Assembly: GCA_028866935.1 (NCBI GenBank)
Contig: JAGWHH010000002.1
Coordinates: 1 to 46,464, forward strand
Direction of reading: 5' to 3'
Length of the DNA stretch: 46,464 bases
Source of the DNA: Candidatus Micrarchaeota archaeon
GTDB lineage: Archaea > Micrarchaeota > Micrarchaeia > Micrarchaeales > CABMGC01
Shown here in pieces: positions 46,383-46,464 of the stretch (the first letter of the stretch is position 1; every line of letters begins with the position of its first letter). The position numbers were made by a program, and so were the translations under genes. The notes beneath the pieces are model-generated. The model saw only the letters and a list, made by a program, of their open reading frames with translations, was not told where the DNA came from and searched no databases.

Positions 46383-46464
46383 AGCTAAGCTTCCAGATCT
46401 TTACGGCCAAACCCAACACTGACCAAAACTGAAGGCGCACATATTCTCAAAAGAACAGAATTCA

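Noticed and set aside
1..46464. CRISPR array or cas genes
   Set aside because: No regularly spaced direct repeats with unique spacers and no Cas-like ORF seen
1..46464. DGR reverse transcriptase or template repeat within the window
   Set aside because: No RT motifs in any long ORF and no AAC-rich copy of either VR-like segment found by eye, so the DGR call remains a prediction

Overview
Archaeal chromosomal window, most likely DPANN/Micrarchaeota (inferred from archaeal ribosomal proteins, class I LysRS, 'QSAMEYLxTYG' class III signal peptide LamG proteins, a thermopsin-like protein and tightly packed genes). Core content: two pilin-like LamG genes; several housekeeping enzymes; an operon encoding 2-oxoacid:ferredoxin oxidoreductase alpha/beta (beta with a 367-aa LAGLIDADG intein), HMG-CoA synthase, thiolase and DUF35, with divergent HMG-CoA reductase; the rpl3-rps3/rpl29/aIF1 cluster interrupted by a wHTH gene; tRNA-Asn and tRNA-Lys; a glutamate-cysteine ligase/ATP-grasp/Ntn-amidotransferase cluster; a Zn/Mn ABC transporter with a NikR-like regulator; lysS; and two tnpA-only IS200-type elements. 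Most notable unexplained structure: (1) a four-member paralog family in which two members carry an adenine-depleted, NNC-codon-rich segment followed by an identical 12-mer in a hairpin, as expected of remote diversity-generating retroelement (DGR) targets, although no RT or template repeat is in the window; (2) an exactly spaced upstream motif AATAACA-N16-TGT-N14-TTTAAATA shared by these and other accessory genes; (3) a natural C-P-G|C intein junction in an oxygen-sensitive enzyme; (4) degenerate tRNA-Asn-derived double-hairpin repeats separating cargo genes; (5) three genes whose positional start codon is ATA. All calls are by eye from motifs; no searches were run.
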